The position numbers and the translations under genes were made by a program. A stretch of DNA of 64,000 nt, taken from contig JBCNVN010000001.1 in the NCBI GenBank assembly GCA_039630055.1, forward strand, positions 32,001-96,000, written 5' to 3'. Source of the stretch: Candidatus Caldarchaeales archaeon. GTDB taxonomy: Archaea; Thermoproteota; Nitrososphaeria_A; Caldarchaeales; Wolframiiraptoraceae. Positions 19,006 through 29,196 of this stretch are shown in pieces. The stretch's first letter is position 1; each line of letters opens with the position of its first letter. Below the pieces are notes generated by a model. The model was not told where the DNA came from and did no database searches. It saw only the letters and a program-made list of their open reading frames with translations.

Positions 19006-20174
19006 TACCTAACCACCTTTAATCCACGGTATCTAGCCCATATAGAGCATGTTCCCTCTAAGCTCACCATGCATGGTCCATAAGGAGTATCTAGGGTACA
19101 CTTAGTCAAGAAGAGAGGACAGTCTACAGGTTTTATCCTTCCCAAGATTACCTCCCCACATCTACATCCTGCCGATAGGTCGTGGGTCCACTCACTCTCC
19201 GAAGGTTCTTTGAAACCGTAGAGGCTTAATCCATCTAGTTCAAGATACTCTTTTCTCAGCTTATATCCACTTGATGGGATGAACCCTATACCTCTCCAAG
19301 CTGCATCACATACGTCAAAGACTTGACCGATCATCTTTTTCGCAAAAGTATTACCCTCCCAACTTACAGCTCTAGTATACTCGATCACTACCTCCGACCT
19401 ACCCTCATCTATCTGTCTAAGTATCTCCGCTATCGATATGAGGACATCTATCGGCTCGAATCCTGAGACCACTGTCGGAATACCATGCTCTTCAGATAGC
19501 TTCTTCCAAGCTTCTCCCCCTATAATTGTTGATACATGTCCAGGAGCGATGATCCCATCTACTCCACCCACTTTCTTTATAGCATAATCGGCTGCAGGTG
19601 GAGTTAACCTACCTGCAACTATAAAACTGAACCCTTTAGGTATAGAGTTCTTTATGATCATTGAGGCGTAGACTGGATATGTAGTCTCAAAACCTATTGC
19701 TAGAAATACTGATTCTCTCCCATCGCTTCTAGCATCTTTAACAGCATCGAGAAGGCTGTAAACTATCGAGACGTCTCCACCAGCTGACCTAGCCTCCGCA
19801 AGACTCTTAACTCCTTCAGTAATCCTGACTGTGGGAAGCCTATAGGCATCACCGTATGTATAAACTCTTATCCCTTCGAGGGCGAGCTTGATCGCTGCCT
19901 CGATATAGAATGATGGAGTTATGCAGACTGGACAGCCTGGGCCTGCTACCAACTCTATACCTTCAGGTAGAATGCTCCTCAGTCCATAGTGAGTCGTGGC
20001 CCACTCATGGGTTCCACAGAAGTTCATTATCTTTACCCTATCAATCCCATTACGTTTAATATTATTCCATAATGTATCTATAATTTTGACTATCTTTGAG
20101 GATAATTCCCGATTACTTCTAAAGATTTTATCGGTAGCCGTTCTTAGGTCTGACCACTCCAACATTATCAACAT
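19005..20174 (-). CDS. hypD: Hydrogenase formation protein
   Basis: CGTHE, GPGCPVC, GFETT, PGHVS, GPCMVS.EGTC. Confidence 0.95.
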   Translation of the reverse strand: MLIMLEWSDLRTATDKIFRSNRELSSKIVKIIDTLWNNIKRNGIDRVKIMNFCGTHEWATTHYGLRSILPEGIELVAGPGCPVCITPSFYIEAAIKLALEGIRVYTYGDAYRLPTVRITEGVKSLAEARSAGGDVSIVYSLLDAVKDARSDGRESVFLAIGFETTYPVYASMIIKNSIPKGFSFIVAGRLTPPAADYAIKKVGGVDGIIAPGHVSTIIGGEAWKKLSEEHGIPTVVSGFEPIDVLISIAEILRQIDEGRSEVVIEYTRAVSWEGNTFAKKMIGQVFDVCDAAWRGIGFIPSSGYKLRKEYLELDGLSLYGFKEPSESEWTHDLSAGCRCGEVILGRIKPVDCPLFLTKCTLDTPYGPCMVSLEGTCSIWARYRGLKVVR

Positions 20175-20315
20175 GTTTATACAGACTTAAAAACCTAGCA
20201 CTCTTCTAACATTTTTAGTAAGAAGATCGCTTCCGCTAGTCTAGGGATTCAACGTTATCAATCTTCATGATTCGATGTAGGATGTCTTGTATCTGAGGAT
20301 CTTCTGAATTTATCT

Positions 20316-22304
20316 CTATGCGATTGCCTCTACCTTTACTACACGTCTTGGAATTATAGATTCTATCTCACTAAGTATCTGTTTGTCTGTAAACCCTCTC
20401 TGCCTCAGCGTTCTCGCTCCAGATGGACATGATGCTACACAGGTTCCACACCCTTGGCATAATGCTTCTTGAATGAGTGTGGTCTTACTCTGAACATCAT
20501 ATACGGCTGCTCCATATGGGCAAACCGATACACACATCCTACAACCTGAACATGTATTCCTATTAACCTCAGCTATTATCGGCTCTACTTCTATCACACC
20601 CGAGCTTAGTAGCGCTAACGCTTCAGATGCGGCCGCAGCTCCCTGGGCCACAGAATCAGGTATATCTTTAGGCCCTTGACATGCTCCTGCTACGAATACT
20701 CCTGTTGTCACAGTTGAGACGGGGGCTAGCTTTGGATGCTTCTCTAGGAAGAACCCATCTTTATCGAGTGGTACTCTGAATAACTTGGCAAGCTCTCTCG
20801 CATCCTTTCTAGGCTCTATAGCTGTAGCGAGAACCACCATATCTGCCTCAATGTTTTGGACTCTACCGAGTAGAGTATCTTCAAATGTTACTGTCAGCTT
20901 TCCATCTCCATTATCTACAACTTCAGCAGCCTTACCTCTAATGAAGATCACACCTTCTTCTTGAACCTTCCTATAAAATTCTTCATACCCTTTCCCATGT
21001 GCTCTGATATCTATGTATAGATTGTATACGGTAGAGTTTGGTAGTCTTTCTTTAATTAAGTGGGCGAGCTTGATAGCGTACATACAGCAGATTCTTGAGC
21101 AATATATGTGATAATTCTCATCTCTAGATCCAACACAATGTAAGATTACTATCGTTGAAGGAGTTCTACCATCTCTCATAACAATCTTTCCACCTGTTGG
21201 ACCTGATGCACTTGTGAGTCTCTCAACTTCTAGACCTGTATAGACATTTGTGTACCGCCCATATCCATATCTTTTTATTATCGTTGGGTCAAAGAGATCA
21301 TATCCAGTAGCAAGAATAATTGCTCCAACCTCCAGAATTACTTCTTCAGGTTTCTGTTCAAAGTTTATCGCCTTAGTAGGACAGAATCTCTCACAGACTC
21401 TACATATTCCCTTAGTGAAATATAAACAATGCTTTCTATCGATAGTATATTTTCTCGGTACTGCCTGAGGGAATTTTATGTATATTGCTTTCCTAAAGTT
21501 TAATCCCATATTAAATTCATCTGGAACTTTGGATGGGCATTTAGTAGCGCAAACTCCGCATCCTACACACTTGCTCTCATCAACGTATCTAGGCTTCTTG
21601 ACAACCTTGACCTTATAGTTTCCAACATGTCCTGATACTTCTTTTACTTCAGAGTAGGTAAATAAAACGATGTTCGGGTTGGATGCTAAATCAACCATCT
21701 TCGGGGTCAAGATGCATGCTGCACAATCCAATGTTGGGAATGTCTTTTCTAACTGTGCCATCCTACCTCCTATCGATGGTTCTTTCTCCACTAAGTAGAC
21801 TTTCTTACCAGCTTTAGCTATCTTTAAGGCTGTCTCTATACCTGTTATTCCCCCTCCGACGATTAATACAGATTGTTTTACTGGGAGATAGATCTTATTG
21901 AGCGGTTCATGGAATTTAACCCTGTTTACTGCTGCAGAGACTAGAAGCTTAGCTTTTTCTGTAGCTTTATCTACATTGTCTGTAACCCAAGATACTTGCT
22001 CACGGATATTCACCATCTGGAACATGTAAGGATTTAAGCCACCCTCTTCACAGACTCTCTGAAACGTCGCTCCATGCATAGTGGGAGAACAAGAAGCTAC
22101 GACAACATTCGTAAGATTGTAATCCTTGATGTCTTTCTTTATTAGCTCCTGGCCTGGATCAGAACACATATATGGATAGTTTCGTGCTATGACTACTCCA
22201 TCCAGATCTTTAACATACTCTCTTAGTTTCTCAACATCTACCATTGAGGCTATATTAAGACCACAATGGCATATGTATACCCCAATCCTCCTAACCATTA
22301 ACAT
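20316..22304 (-). CDS. hdrA: Heterodisulfide reductase subunit A, full length
   Basis: IGVYICHCG, NIREQVSW, QLEKTFPTLDCAACILTP, CSRICC, GACQGPKDIPD, C-terminal ferredoxin motifs. Confidence 0.93.
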   Translation of the reverse strand: MLMVRRIGVYICHCGLNIASMVDVEKLREYVKDLDGVVIARNYPYMCSDPGQELIKKDIKDYNLTNVVVASCSPTMHGATFQRVCEEGGLNPYMFQMVNIREQVSWVTDNVDKATEKAKLLVSAAVNRVKFHEPLNKIYLPVKQSVLIVGGGITGIETALKIAKAGKKVYLVEKEPSIGGRMAQLEKTFPTLDCAACILTPKMVDLASNPNIVLFTYSEVKEVSGHVGNYKVKVVKKPRYVDESKCVGCGVCATKCPSKVPDEFNMGLNFRKAIYIKFPQAVPRKYTIDRKHCLYFTKGICRVCERFCPTKAINFEQKPEEVILEVGAIILATGYDLFDPTIIKRYGYGRYTNVYTGLEVERLTSASGPTGGKIVMRDGRTPSTIVILHCVGSRDENYHIYCSRICCMYAIKLAHLIKERLPNSTVYNLYIDIRAHGKGYEEFYRKVQEEGVIFIRGKAAEVVDNGDGKLTVTFEDTLLGRVQNIEADMVVLATAIEPRKDARELAKLFRVPLDKDGFFLEKHPKLAPVSTVTTGVFVAGACQGPKDIPDSVAQGAAAASEALALLSSGVIEVEPIIAEVNRNTCSGCRMCVSVCPYGAAVYDVQSKTTLIQEALCQGCGTCVASCPSGARTLRQRGFTDKQILSEIESIIPRRVVKVEAIA

Positions 22305-23217
22305 CACCTTTTATAGTAGTGGTTAAAACTATCTTCTTGCCGAGATTCTCTAACATATCCTTGCTGACTCCGAGCTCATGGAACGGAAGATTAAAAGACA
22401 ATCCAATTAGTTGAGTGAAATAGACTATCTGAATATTAGAGATATCTTTAACTTCTCTCTTCATCTTGATCTTAGCTATCTCTAAGTTTAAATGACATAG
22501 TGGGCATGCTGTAACGATACATTCTGTACCGAGCCGGATATATGATTCAAATATTTTCTTGATCATTGGTAATACTTTCTCTTCATTTGTCATCATCAGC
22601 ATTCCTCCACAGCACTTTGTTTTTAAAGGAGAATCGATAGGTTTACCACCTATCCATGAGATCATCCGTTCTATAGAGTTGGGAAATTCTGGGTCATCGA
22701 AGTATCCGTATGGTCTAGTTATCTGACATCCATAATACGGTGCGACTTTCAATCCATCCAACCCTTTAACAATACTCATCTTAAAGAGTTCTTCTCCTAC
22801 ATCATTTACTAGAAAATCTATTATGTGACGTACTTTAAGCTTTGATGATTCTGAATTGTTGAAGACATTATACTTTTTCTTAATCTCATTTAAGAGTTCC
22901 ATGTTTTCTGATATTTCGGTTAAAGTTCTTTTTAGTGATAGAAAGCATGCTGGACAGAGAACAAGGATTTCGGGGACACCCATCTCTAATGCTTTTGCCA
23001 GATTTCTAGCTCCTAGAAAGTATGCTCTCTTCTCATTTAATATTCTATAAAGATTTGATCCACAACAGTTCCAATCTTTTATCTCTGATACCTGTACACC
23101 TATCTTCTTGAGTAATGCGAGGGTAGACTTCCCATAATATCTTGCTATTCCATTTTTAGAACATGAGCAGCCCGGATAATAACTGACGTTTTTAGTTAGC
23201 TTACTATTCATAACCAC
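22291..23217 (-). CDS. hdrB: Heterodisulfide reductase subunit B (CCG domains)
   Basis: YYPGC, WNCCG, CPAC, YYGC..TRP, CCGG, CPLCHLNLE. Confidence 0.92.
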   Translation of the reverse strand: MVMNSKLTKNVSYYPGCSCSKNGIARYYGKSTLALLKKIGVQVSEIKDWNCCGSNLYRILNEKRAYFLGARNLAKALEMGVPEILVLCPACFLSLKRTLTEISENMELLNEIKKKYNVFNNSESSKLKVRHIIDFLVNDVGEELFKMSIVKGLDGLKVAPYYGCQITRPYGYFDDPEFPNSIERMISWIGGKPIDSPLKTKCCGGMLMMTNEEKVLPMIKKIFESYIRLGTECIVTACPLCHLNLEIAKIKMKREVKDISNIQIVYFTQLIGLSFNLPFHELGVSKDMLENLGKKIVLTTTIKGDVNG

Positions 23218-23224
23218 ACCTCAG

Positions 23225-23737
23225 CTATGCTCTAATCTCTTCAAGATTTTCTAATTTTTCAGGAGATAGAGAGAGGACCCCTTCACGTAGTAATCTGGCT
23301 GATAGAGGTAACATCTTTAAAAGCTTCAGAGGGTTTGTTCTTAGTGAGAAAGTTATCATAAGCCTAGTCTCAGATATCCTACCATACTTATCCACCAAGT
23401 CTACGTATGTCTTCATAAGCTTCGGATAGGTCAATCCATCAGAATATCCATTCTCCAATGCATATCTTTTCAGTGACGTCATAAACTCTCCAATATTTAT
23501 CTTGGCTGGACAGCGTACAGCGCAGAGATAGCATGTTGAACATAACCATAACGTATTGCTTTTTAAAGCTTCTTCGACCAACCCCTCTCTAATCAATACG
23601 ATCAATTGTCTAGGAGTATAATTCATATATTGGTTAAGTGGGCATGAGGCAGAACAGGTCCCACATTGTATACATTTCTCAATTACTGTCCGAATATACT
23701 TACTATCTTTTATAAGATGAATAGTTTGAGAGTTCAA
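23225..23737 (-). CDS. hdrC: Heterodisulfide reductase subunit C
   Basis: CIQCGTCSASCP and WLCSTCYLCAVRCP. Confidence 0.92.
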   Translation of the reverse strand: MNSQTIHLIKDSKYIRTVIEKCIQCGTCSASCPLNQYMNYTPRQLIVLIREGLVEEALKSNTLWLCSTCYLCAVRCPAKINIGEFMTSLKRYALENGYSDGLTYPKLMKTYVDLVDKYGRISETRLMITFSLRTNPLKLLKMLPLSARLLREGVLSLSPEKLENLEEIRA

Positions 23738-23741
23738 GTTC

Positions 23742-24095
23742 TCACCTAATATTATCTTCTAATTCTGACGATTTTCCACTTAGCTTCATGGTCCATTCTA
23801 ATGCATAATCTTCTCCCATTTTGTTTGCTGCAATTATTATCAAACTACTCTCAATTTCTAAAATATCTTTGGATAATTGGGATAGTGTTTTATAGTACTC
23901 AACGAGATTATCTTCTCCATCTAGATGATATTTACAATGATTTATCAGAGATTTGCAACATGTAAAAGCTGTCACTATTCTTTCTGGTACATATACATCT
24001 CTTTTCTTTAAATCGATGATAAGTTCTGCTAAAGACTTCCATTTATCTTCAATCTTGACGAGAGCCATTCTTCCATCTATGTTTTTACCTATCAT
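23742..24095 (-). CDS. DUF2096-like protein, first gene of the hdr operon
   Basis: W..L.ELI.DL.K..V.VP...K.LIN and ES.LI..A...GEDYA.EW pattern. Confidence 0.6.
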   Translation of the reverse strand: MIGKNIDGRMALVKIEDKWKSLAELIIDLKKRDVYVPERIVTAFTCCKSLINHCKYHLDGEDNLVEYYKTLSQLSKDILEIESSLIIIAANKMGEDYALEWTMKLSGKSSELEDNIR

Positions 24096-24125
24096 CCCCT
24101 CTCAGTAATAATTTATAATTCTAAA

Positions 24126-24216
24126 TGTATATAGTTTATGTATAAAATGTTAATTCAGTATATACTTTATTTGTAATGTAAGTATATACTAAATTCGAGC
24201 TCTGCAAGTATATCCG
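24126..24216. promoter_or_regulatory. Array of AGTATATACT-type palindromic boxes in the divergent promoter region
   Basis: Perfect copies at 24157-24166 and 24181-24190; degenerate copies at 24126 (TGTATATAGT) and 24207 (AGTATATCCG). Confidence 0.55.
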
Positions 24217-24252
24217 TTTATAATTGTAATAACAATAATTCTTAAATATTAA

Positions 24253-25362
24253 ATGGTATATATTCTATCTGTGATAGTAAGGAGATTGCAGAAAGTTGGA
24301 CATAATACGCTATCTGTTACATTGCCGAATCAATGGATTAAGGAGATGGGGTTAAAAAAGGGTGATGCAATAGTCTTTACTTTTGAGAATGATGGTTCTA
24401 TAAGACTTAAACCGAGCTCGCTAACTGAGAGAGAGAAACAGAAGAAGGAAACAATAATATACTCAGACCAGTGTAAAGACCCCTCCTTACTTGAGAGGTT
24501 AATCGTTAGTAATTATATTCTTGGACAAGATATTATAAGGATAGTCTCTTCGACCTCTCTTAGGGCGAGCTATCTTGAAACCATAAAGGGAACTGTAGGC
24601 AAGCTGATCGGTGTTGCAATAATAGAAGAGACTCCTCTCCAAGTATTACTTCAATGTGTTATCAATCCATCATCCTTTCCATTACAGGTTCTTATTAGAA
24701 GACTTTACATTATAGTATCAACTATGCATAAAGAGCTGTCTGATGCCTTAAAAGAACTCAATTTAGACCTATCTAGACAGATAATCTTGAGAGAGCCTGA
24801 AGCTGATAAGATTCACTTACTGATTTCGCGTCTCCTAACCGTAGCACAAGAGAATAAAGAAATATCTTCAGTTATAGGTATCGAAGATGTTAAAGATATA
24901 ATTCAGTATAGAATTGTATCGATGAATCTAGAGAGGATTGCCGACTGGATAGAGAGCATGTCTAGGTATATTGAGTATCTTGAGCCTAATAGAAAACTCA
25001 TAGGTGAAGAAGCATTAAATTATCTATTTGATATGAGTAACCTATCACATACACTATGTTTCAATGCGATAAGCTCATTATTCTCAGGAGATCTAGAAGA
25101 AGCAAATAATGCTATTCAAAGTTATAAAGAAACTTTTCAAGATAGAGACTCGAAGATTATGCATAAATTGGCTGAGTATATTCAATGTATGCCGTGTGGA
25201 CCATTGATAGGTGTAATAGCTTTTGGCCTAATAAGGGTGGCTGAACTCGGGTCAGAGATAGCTGAACTTGCAATAAACAAGGGAATAAGAAAACCTTCTA
25301 AATATTCAGAAATCCTAGTAGAAGATGAGGTGCTGAAAAAACTCTACTCAATAGAATCTTAA
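24253..25362 (+). CDS. AbrB/MazE-domain plus tandem PhoU-domain transcriptional regulator
   Basis: RRLQKVG...LSVTLP..W....GLKKGD N-terminus; [23 protein letters not shown] PhoU repeats. Confidence 0.88.
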   Translation: MVYILSVIVRRLQKVGHNTLSVTLPNQWIKEMGLKKGDAIVFTFENDGSIRLKPSSLTEREKQKKETIIYSDQCKDPSLLERLIVSNYILGQDIIRIVSSTSLRASYLETIKGTVGKLIGVAIIEETPLQVLLQCVINPSSFPLQVLIRRLYIIVSTMHKELSDALKELNLDLSRQIILREPEADKIHLLISRLLTVAQENKEISSVIGIEDVKDIIQYRIVSMNLERIADWIESMSRYIEYLEPNRKLIGEEALNYLFDMSNLSHTLCFNAISSLFSGDLEEANNAIQSYKETFQDRDSKIMHKLAEYIQCMPCGPLIGVIAFGLIRVAELGSEIAELAINKGIRKPSKYSEILVEDEVLKKLYSIES

Positions 25363-25378
25363 TACCCTAAGATAACAA

Positions 25379-27685
25379 TCATATTTCTTCTCTTACCATG
25401 TATCCGGCGATAGCTAATTGTCCTAATGCTATACCCCCATCATTTGCAGGATACTTCTCCGGTAATAACAGCCTCAGCCCAGACTCTTTAATAGCCTCCT
25501 CAACTCCCTCAATAATAAATTCATTTACTGCAGCTCCTCCAGATAGTACCAAGTATCTATGTCTCCTCTTTGCAGATTTAGAAGCTATCAAACCTAAACC
25601 ATATCCGAGAGATTTCTGAACCATGTAACCTATCCTACCCTTATTCACACCATTTTCCAGTAGCTCTACAGCCTGCATGATGATAGAAGTAGTATCTATG
25701 ATCTGATCCTCCATATCAAGTATCTTTACGTTAAGCATCTCCTCACATTTCTCAGATGATGCTTCCAGTCTTATTGCAGGCTCACCCTCATAGGTTCTTT
25801 CAAAGCATAAGCCGAGCAAGGTTGAAGTAGCGTCGAGAACTCTCCCTATGCTAGATGTTTTAGGAGAATTGTTAATATGCGTCAACATCATCTCCAATTC
25901 CATCTCACCTTTTTGAAATCCTTTCTCTACTATCCCAAGTTTTCTAAACAGGTTTATCAGTTCTTTCCCATTCAACACTTTACTCAGTATCCCTCCAAGC
26001 ATTCTAGCTGGATATCTTACTGCTAGGTCTCCTCCCGGCATAGGCTGTAACTCTAGATGACCTACCCTTTTAAAATCTGAATAATCTGCGATTAGGACCT
26101 CACCACCCCACAATGTTCCATCCAATCCATAACCTAATCCATCAACAGCAATTCCAACAACCTCTTCATCAATGTGATGCTCAGCCATCACAGACGTTAT
26201 ATGAGCCCAGTGATGCTGAACCTTGAAGAGTTTTACATCTTTCTCTCTAGCCCAAGCCTCAGCCAGTAGTGTTGATGGATATCTAGGATGTAGGTCTGCG
26301 GTGATGATCGAAGACTTAACATCTATTCTATAGCTTTTTACTAGAAAGCTAATATAACGTTCCAGGTCTCTGAAGCAATTATACTCATCGATATCTCCGA
26401 TGTACTGTGTTAAGATTGCCCGATCATCGAATCCAATAGCACCAGTGCTCTGAAGCATGGCCCCGAAAGCTATTATCGGTCTCTTCAACCTGAAGGGTAG
26501 CTTACTCCATGCAGGTGTATAGCCTCTTCCCCTCCTTAAAAGCATGGGTCTTCCACGGCTAAATCTTACGACACTATCATCCACTCTATTAATTATTCTT
26601 CTATTATGTATGAGAAAATAGTCTACATATTCAGAGAGCTTTCTCCTTGCACAGTCTTCATCGGTACACATGGGTTCATCTTTAGGGTTACCGCTAGTCA
26701 TAATAGCAAATTTATCTAAAGTGTTTTTTAGAAGTAGATAGTGAAGCGCAGTATATGGGAGGAAGATTCCAAGCTGTCTAAGTCCAGGAGCAACTAAACC
26801 TGACACCTTCGAATCTTTTATAATATCTAGTAAGACTATAGGCTTCTCCTTAGACAGGAGAAGGCTTATCGCATCATCCGTTAAGTGAACTATCTTAGAA
26901 GCTGTCTCTATGTCTAGAACCATGACTGCGAATGGCTTGCTCGGTCTCTTCTTCCTAATTCTAAGACGTGTTACAACATCCTCCAAAGTAGCTGACGCAG
27001 CTATATGATATCCACCCAAGCCCTTGACAGCTATGATGTATCCTTCATCTATAAGTTTCGCTGAAGATTTTATCGCATCATATCCTTCATCAATATATTC
27101 ATAGTTTCTCGTGTAGAGTTTTACGAGTGGGCCACATTCTGGACAACTAATACCTTGAGCATGAAATCTACGTCGATCATCTGGATCTGTATACTCAGAA
27201 TAGCATCGAGAGCATAGTGGGAAGTCTTTCATGCTTGTATTCTTTCTATCATAGGGTATGTTTTCTATCATCGAGTATCTTGGACCACAGTATGCACATG
27301 AGTGGAATGGATATAGGTAGAATCTGCTAGATGGATCTAATACTTCTCTTAGACAATCTTCACATATAGACGTATCAGGGGGAATCATCGAACTTCTATG
27401 AACTTGTGGATCGCTCTCAAAGATCTTGAAACCACTATATCCTAGAGGTGTAACTTCAACTAGTTGAAAGCTTTCTACATAAGCTGCAGAGGGTCTATCT
27501 TCATCAAATGCTTTCAAGAATTTTCTAATATCCTCCTCTTCACCTTCAACATGTATCTCCACCGCACTACCACCAATATTCTTTACATATCCATTAACCC
27601 TAGACTTTGAAGCTATCCTATAGATGAATGGTCTAAAACCAACTCCTTGAACTATCCCAACAACCAGTATTCTTACTGCCCTCAA
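25379..27685 (-). CDS. hypF: Carbamoyltransferase HypF
   Basis: GIVQGVGFRPF, Zn fingers (C..C, CGPRY), KGLGGYH, QHH.AH, DG.GYG.DG, NDGGIALGQ. Confidence 0.96.
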   Translation of the reverse strand: MRAVRILVVGIVQGVGFRPFIYRIASKSRVNGYVKNIGGSAVEIHVEGEEEDIRKFLKAFDEDRPSAAYVESFQLVEVTPLGYSGFKIFESDPQVHRSSMIPPDTSICEDCLREVLDPSSRFYLYPFHSCAYCGPRYSMIENIPYDRKNTSMKDFPLCSRCYSEYTDPDDRRRFHAQGISCPECGPLVKLYTRNYEYIDEGYDAIKSSAKLIDEGYIIAVKGLGGYHIAASATLEDVVTRLRIRKKRPSKPFAVMVLDIETASKIVHLTDDAISLLLSKEKPIVLLDIIKDSKVSGLVAPGLRQLGIFLPYTALHYLLLKNTLDKFAIMTSGNPKDEPMCTDEDCARRKLSEYVDYFLIHNRRIINRVDDSVVRFSRGRPMLLRRGRGYTPAWSKLPFRLKRPIIAFGAMLQSTGAIGFDDRAILTQYIGDIDEYNCFRDLERYISFLVKSYRIDVKSSIITADLHPRYPSTLLAEAWAREKDVKLFKVQHHWAHITSVMAEHHIDEEVVGIAVDGLGYGLDGTLWGGEVLIADYSDFKRVGHLELQPMPGGDLAVRYPARMLGGILSKVLNGKELINLFRKLGIVEKGFQKGEMELEMMLTHINNSPKTSSIGRVLDATSTLLGLCFERTYEGEPAIRLEASSEKCEEMLNVKILDMEDQIIDTTSIIMQAVELLENGVNKGRIGYMVQKSLGYGLGLIASKSAKRRHRYLVLSGGAAVNEFIIEGVEEAIKESGLRLLLPEKYPANDGGIALGQLAIAGYMVREEI

Positions 27686-27821
27686 CGTATAATAATCTTT
27701 AATTCGAGAAGATTAATTTATTCTATCAACGCTAGATGACGTATTTCCCCTATGGGCCATACTTGATCATTATCATAGACCGGGAATATAGCTAAATTCT
27801 AGAGTCATGTGATATATTGAG

Positions 27822-28271
27822 ATGCATGAGTGGAGTATCGCTGAGAGCATAATCACAACTATAGTAGAGTCGGTTAAATATGAGAAAATCTTGGAAGTCG
27901 ATATAAGAATAGGTGAGTTGAGGGACCTAAATATCGAGGCCCTTAGAGAATCATTGAGAATACTCTCAGAGGAAACAAAATTAAAGAATACTAAGTTTAA
28001 CATCACTGTATCTAGAGCAGTTTTCAAATGTTTAAGCTGTGGAGAAGAATGGGGCATGAGTGAAGCTCTCAAGATAATGGAAGGATTGATGACCAGGGAA
28101 GGATATATTCTTGAAGAAGATGAGCTAGAGCCTCCAACCCACTTTATTCCAAGCTTGATAGTTGGATTTCAGAAGTGTCCTAGCTGTGGAAGGATGGATA
28201 TAGATGTAAGATCTGGAAGAGAAATTGAGATCTATAGTGTTAAGGTGGAAGAATGCTCGACCCAAGGGTAA
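27822..28271 (+). CDS. hypA: Hydrogenase nickel incorporation protein
   Basis: MHEWSIA, CLSCG...CPSCG, GRE. Confidence 0.92.
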   Translation: MHEWSIAESIITTIVESVKYEKILEVDIRIGELRDLNIEALRESLRILSEETKLKNTKFNITVSRAVFKCLSCGEEWGMSEALKIMEGLMTREGYILEEDELEPPTHFIPSLIVGFQKCPSCGRMDIDVRSGREIEIYSVKVEECSTQG

Positions 28272-29005
28272 AATTGGTAGAGAGAAATTTTGAGAAAGTT
28301 GAAAGAATCGTGGCCTTTGCAAGTGGGAAGGGTGGGGTTGGAAAGAGCTTAATCTCATCAGCCACATCGTATATCTTATCCCTTAAAGGATATAGAGTAG
28401 CCTATCTCGATCTAGATTTCTACGGATATGCTGGACCCCTACTCTTTTCAATAGATGGACAGATAAAAGCATGTAAAGAAGGTATCGAATTACCTATCTC
28501 AGCCGGCGTTAAAGTCATGTCTACAGGATATTTTCTAGCTGATAATCCCTTCCCATTGATGGGGAAGGATAAGATAGATTATCTACTAGATCTCTTCTCA
28601 GCCGTAAAATTTGGAGAGATTGACTTAATGGTAATAGATCTTCCCCCCGGATTAGGGGATGAACTAACATATACTCAGAGAATTTTTAGAGATAAGATTA
28701 ACATTGTCCCTGTAACTTTAAGCTCAGAGATGAGTTTAAACGTGGTCGAGAAGCTTGTTAAATATTTGAAGACTGAAGAAATAAGCATTATAGGAGTCAT
28801 AGTAAATATGTTTAACATATTTAGAGAGTATGAGATCGATGAGATAAGAGCGAGGCTCGAATTGAAGATACTTTCTACGTTGTCCTATCATCCCGAGGTG
28901 GAGAATTTTAGAACTATAAAAGAGAAGCTAGAGAACGCACCAAGATTCAAGAAAGAGATAGAAGAAACCGTGGAGAATCTTCTGAAAGAGTTAAGATTAG
29001 ATTAA
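28253..29005 (+). CDS. Mrp/MinD-family ATPase, probable ATPase-type HypB
   Basis: DPR...SGKGGVGKS, DLDF.G, DLPPG.GDE; no Fe-S CxxC; overlaps hypA as in Thermococcales. Confidence 0.75.
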   Translation: MLDPRVKLVERNFEKVERIVAFASGKGGVGKSLISSATSYILSLKGYRVAYLDLDFYGYAGPLLFSIDGQIKACKEGIELPISAGVKVMSTGYFLADNPFPLMGKDKIDYLLDLFSAVKFGEIDLMVIDLPPGLGDELTYTQRIFRDKINIVPVTLSSEMSLNVVEKLVKYLKTEEISIIGVIVNMFNIFREYEIDEIRARLELKILSTLSYHPEVENFRTIKEKLENAPRFKKEIEETVENLLKELRLD

Positions 29006-29196
29006 AGAGTTATCCTTTAAGAATCGTTCTACTCCGACCACTATAGTTCACCTATCTATTTTTTACAGATACTCTAGACCATGAGTTCAAGATATCTATA
29101 ATGTTCAAGTATGTATCTAAAAATATTGAGGTATTGGATCCGAGTATTTGCTATGCTTAGAAGTTTTAATATGGTGTTCGATTTAGATTTTAGACT

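Noticed and set aside
11790-23737. Selenocysteine recoding in hdrA, mvhD or mvhG
   Set aside because: The relevant positions are Cys codons and the ORFs are full length with no in-frame TGA.
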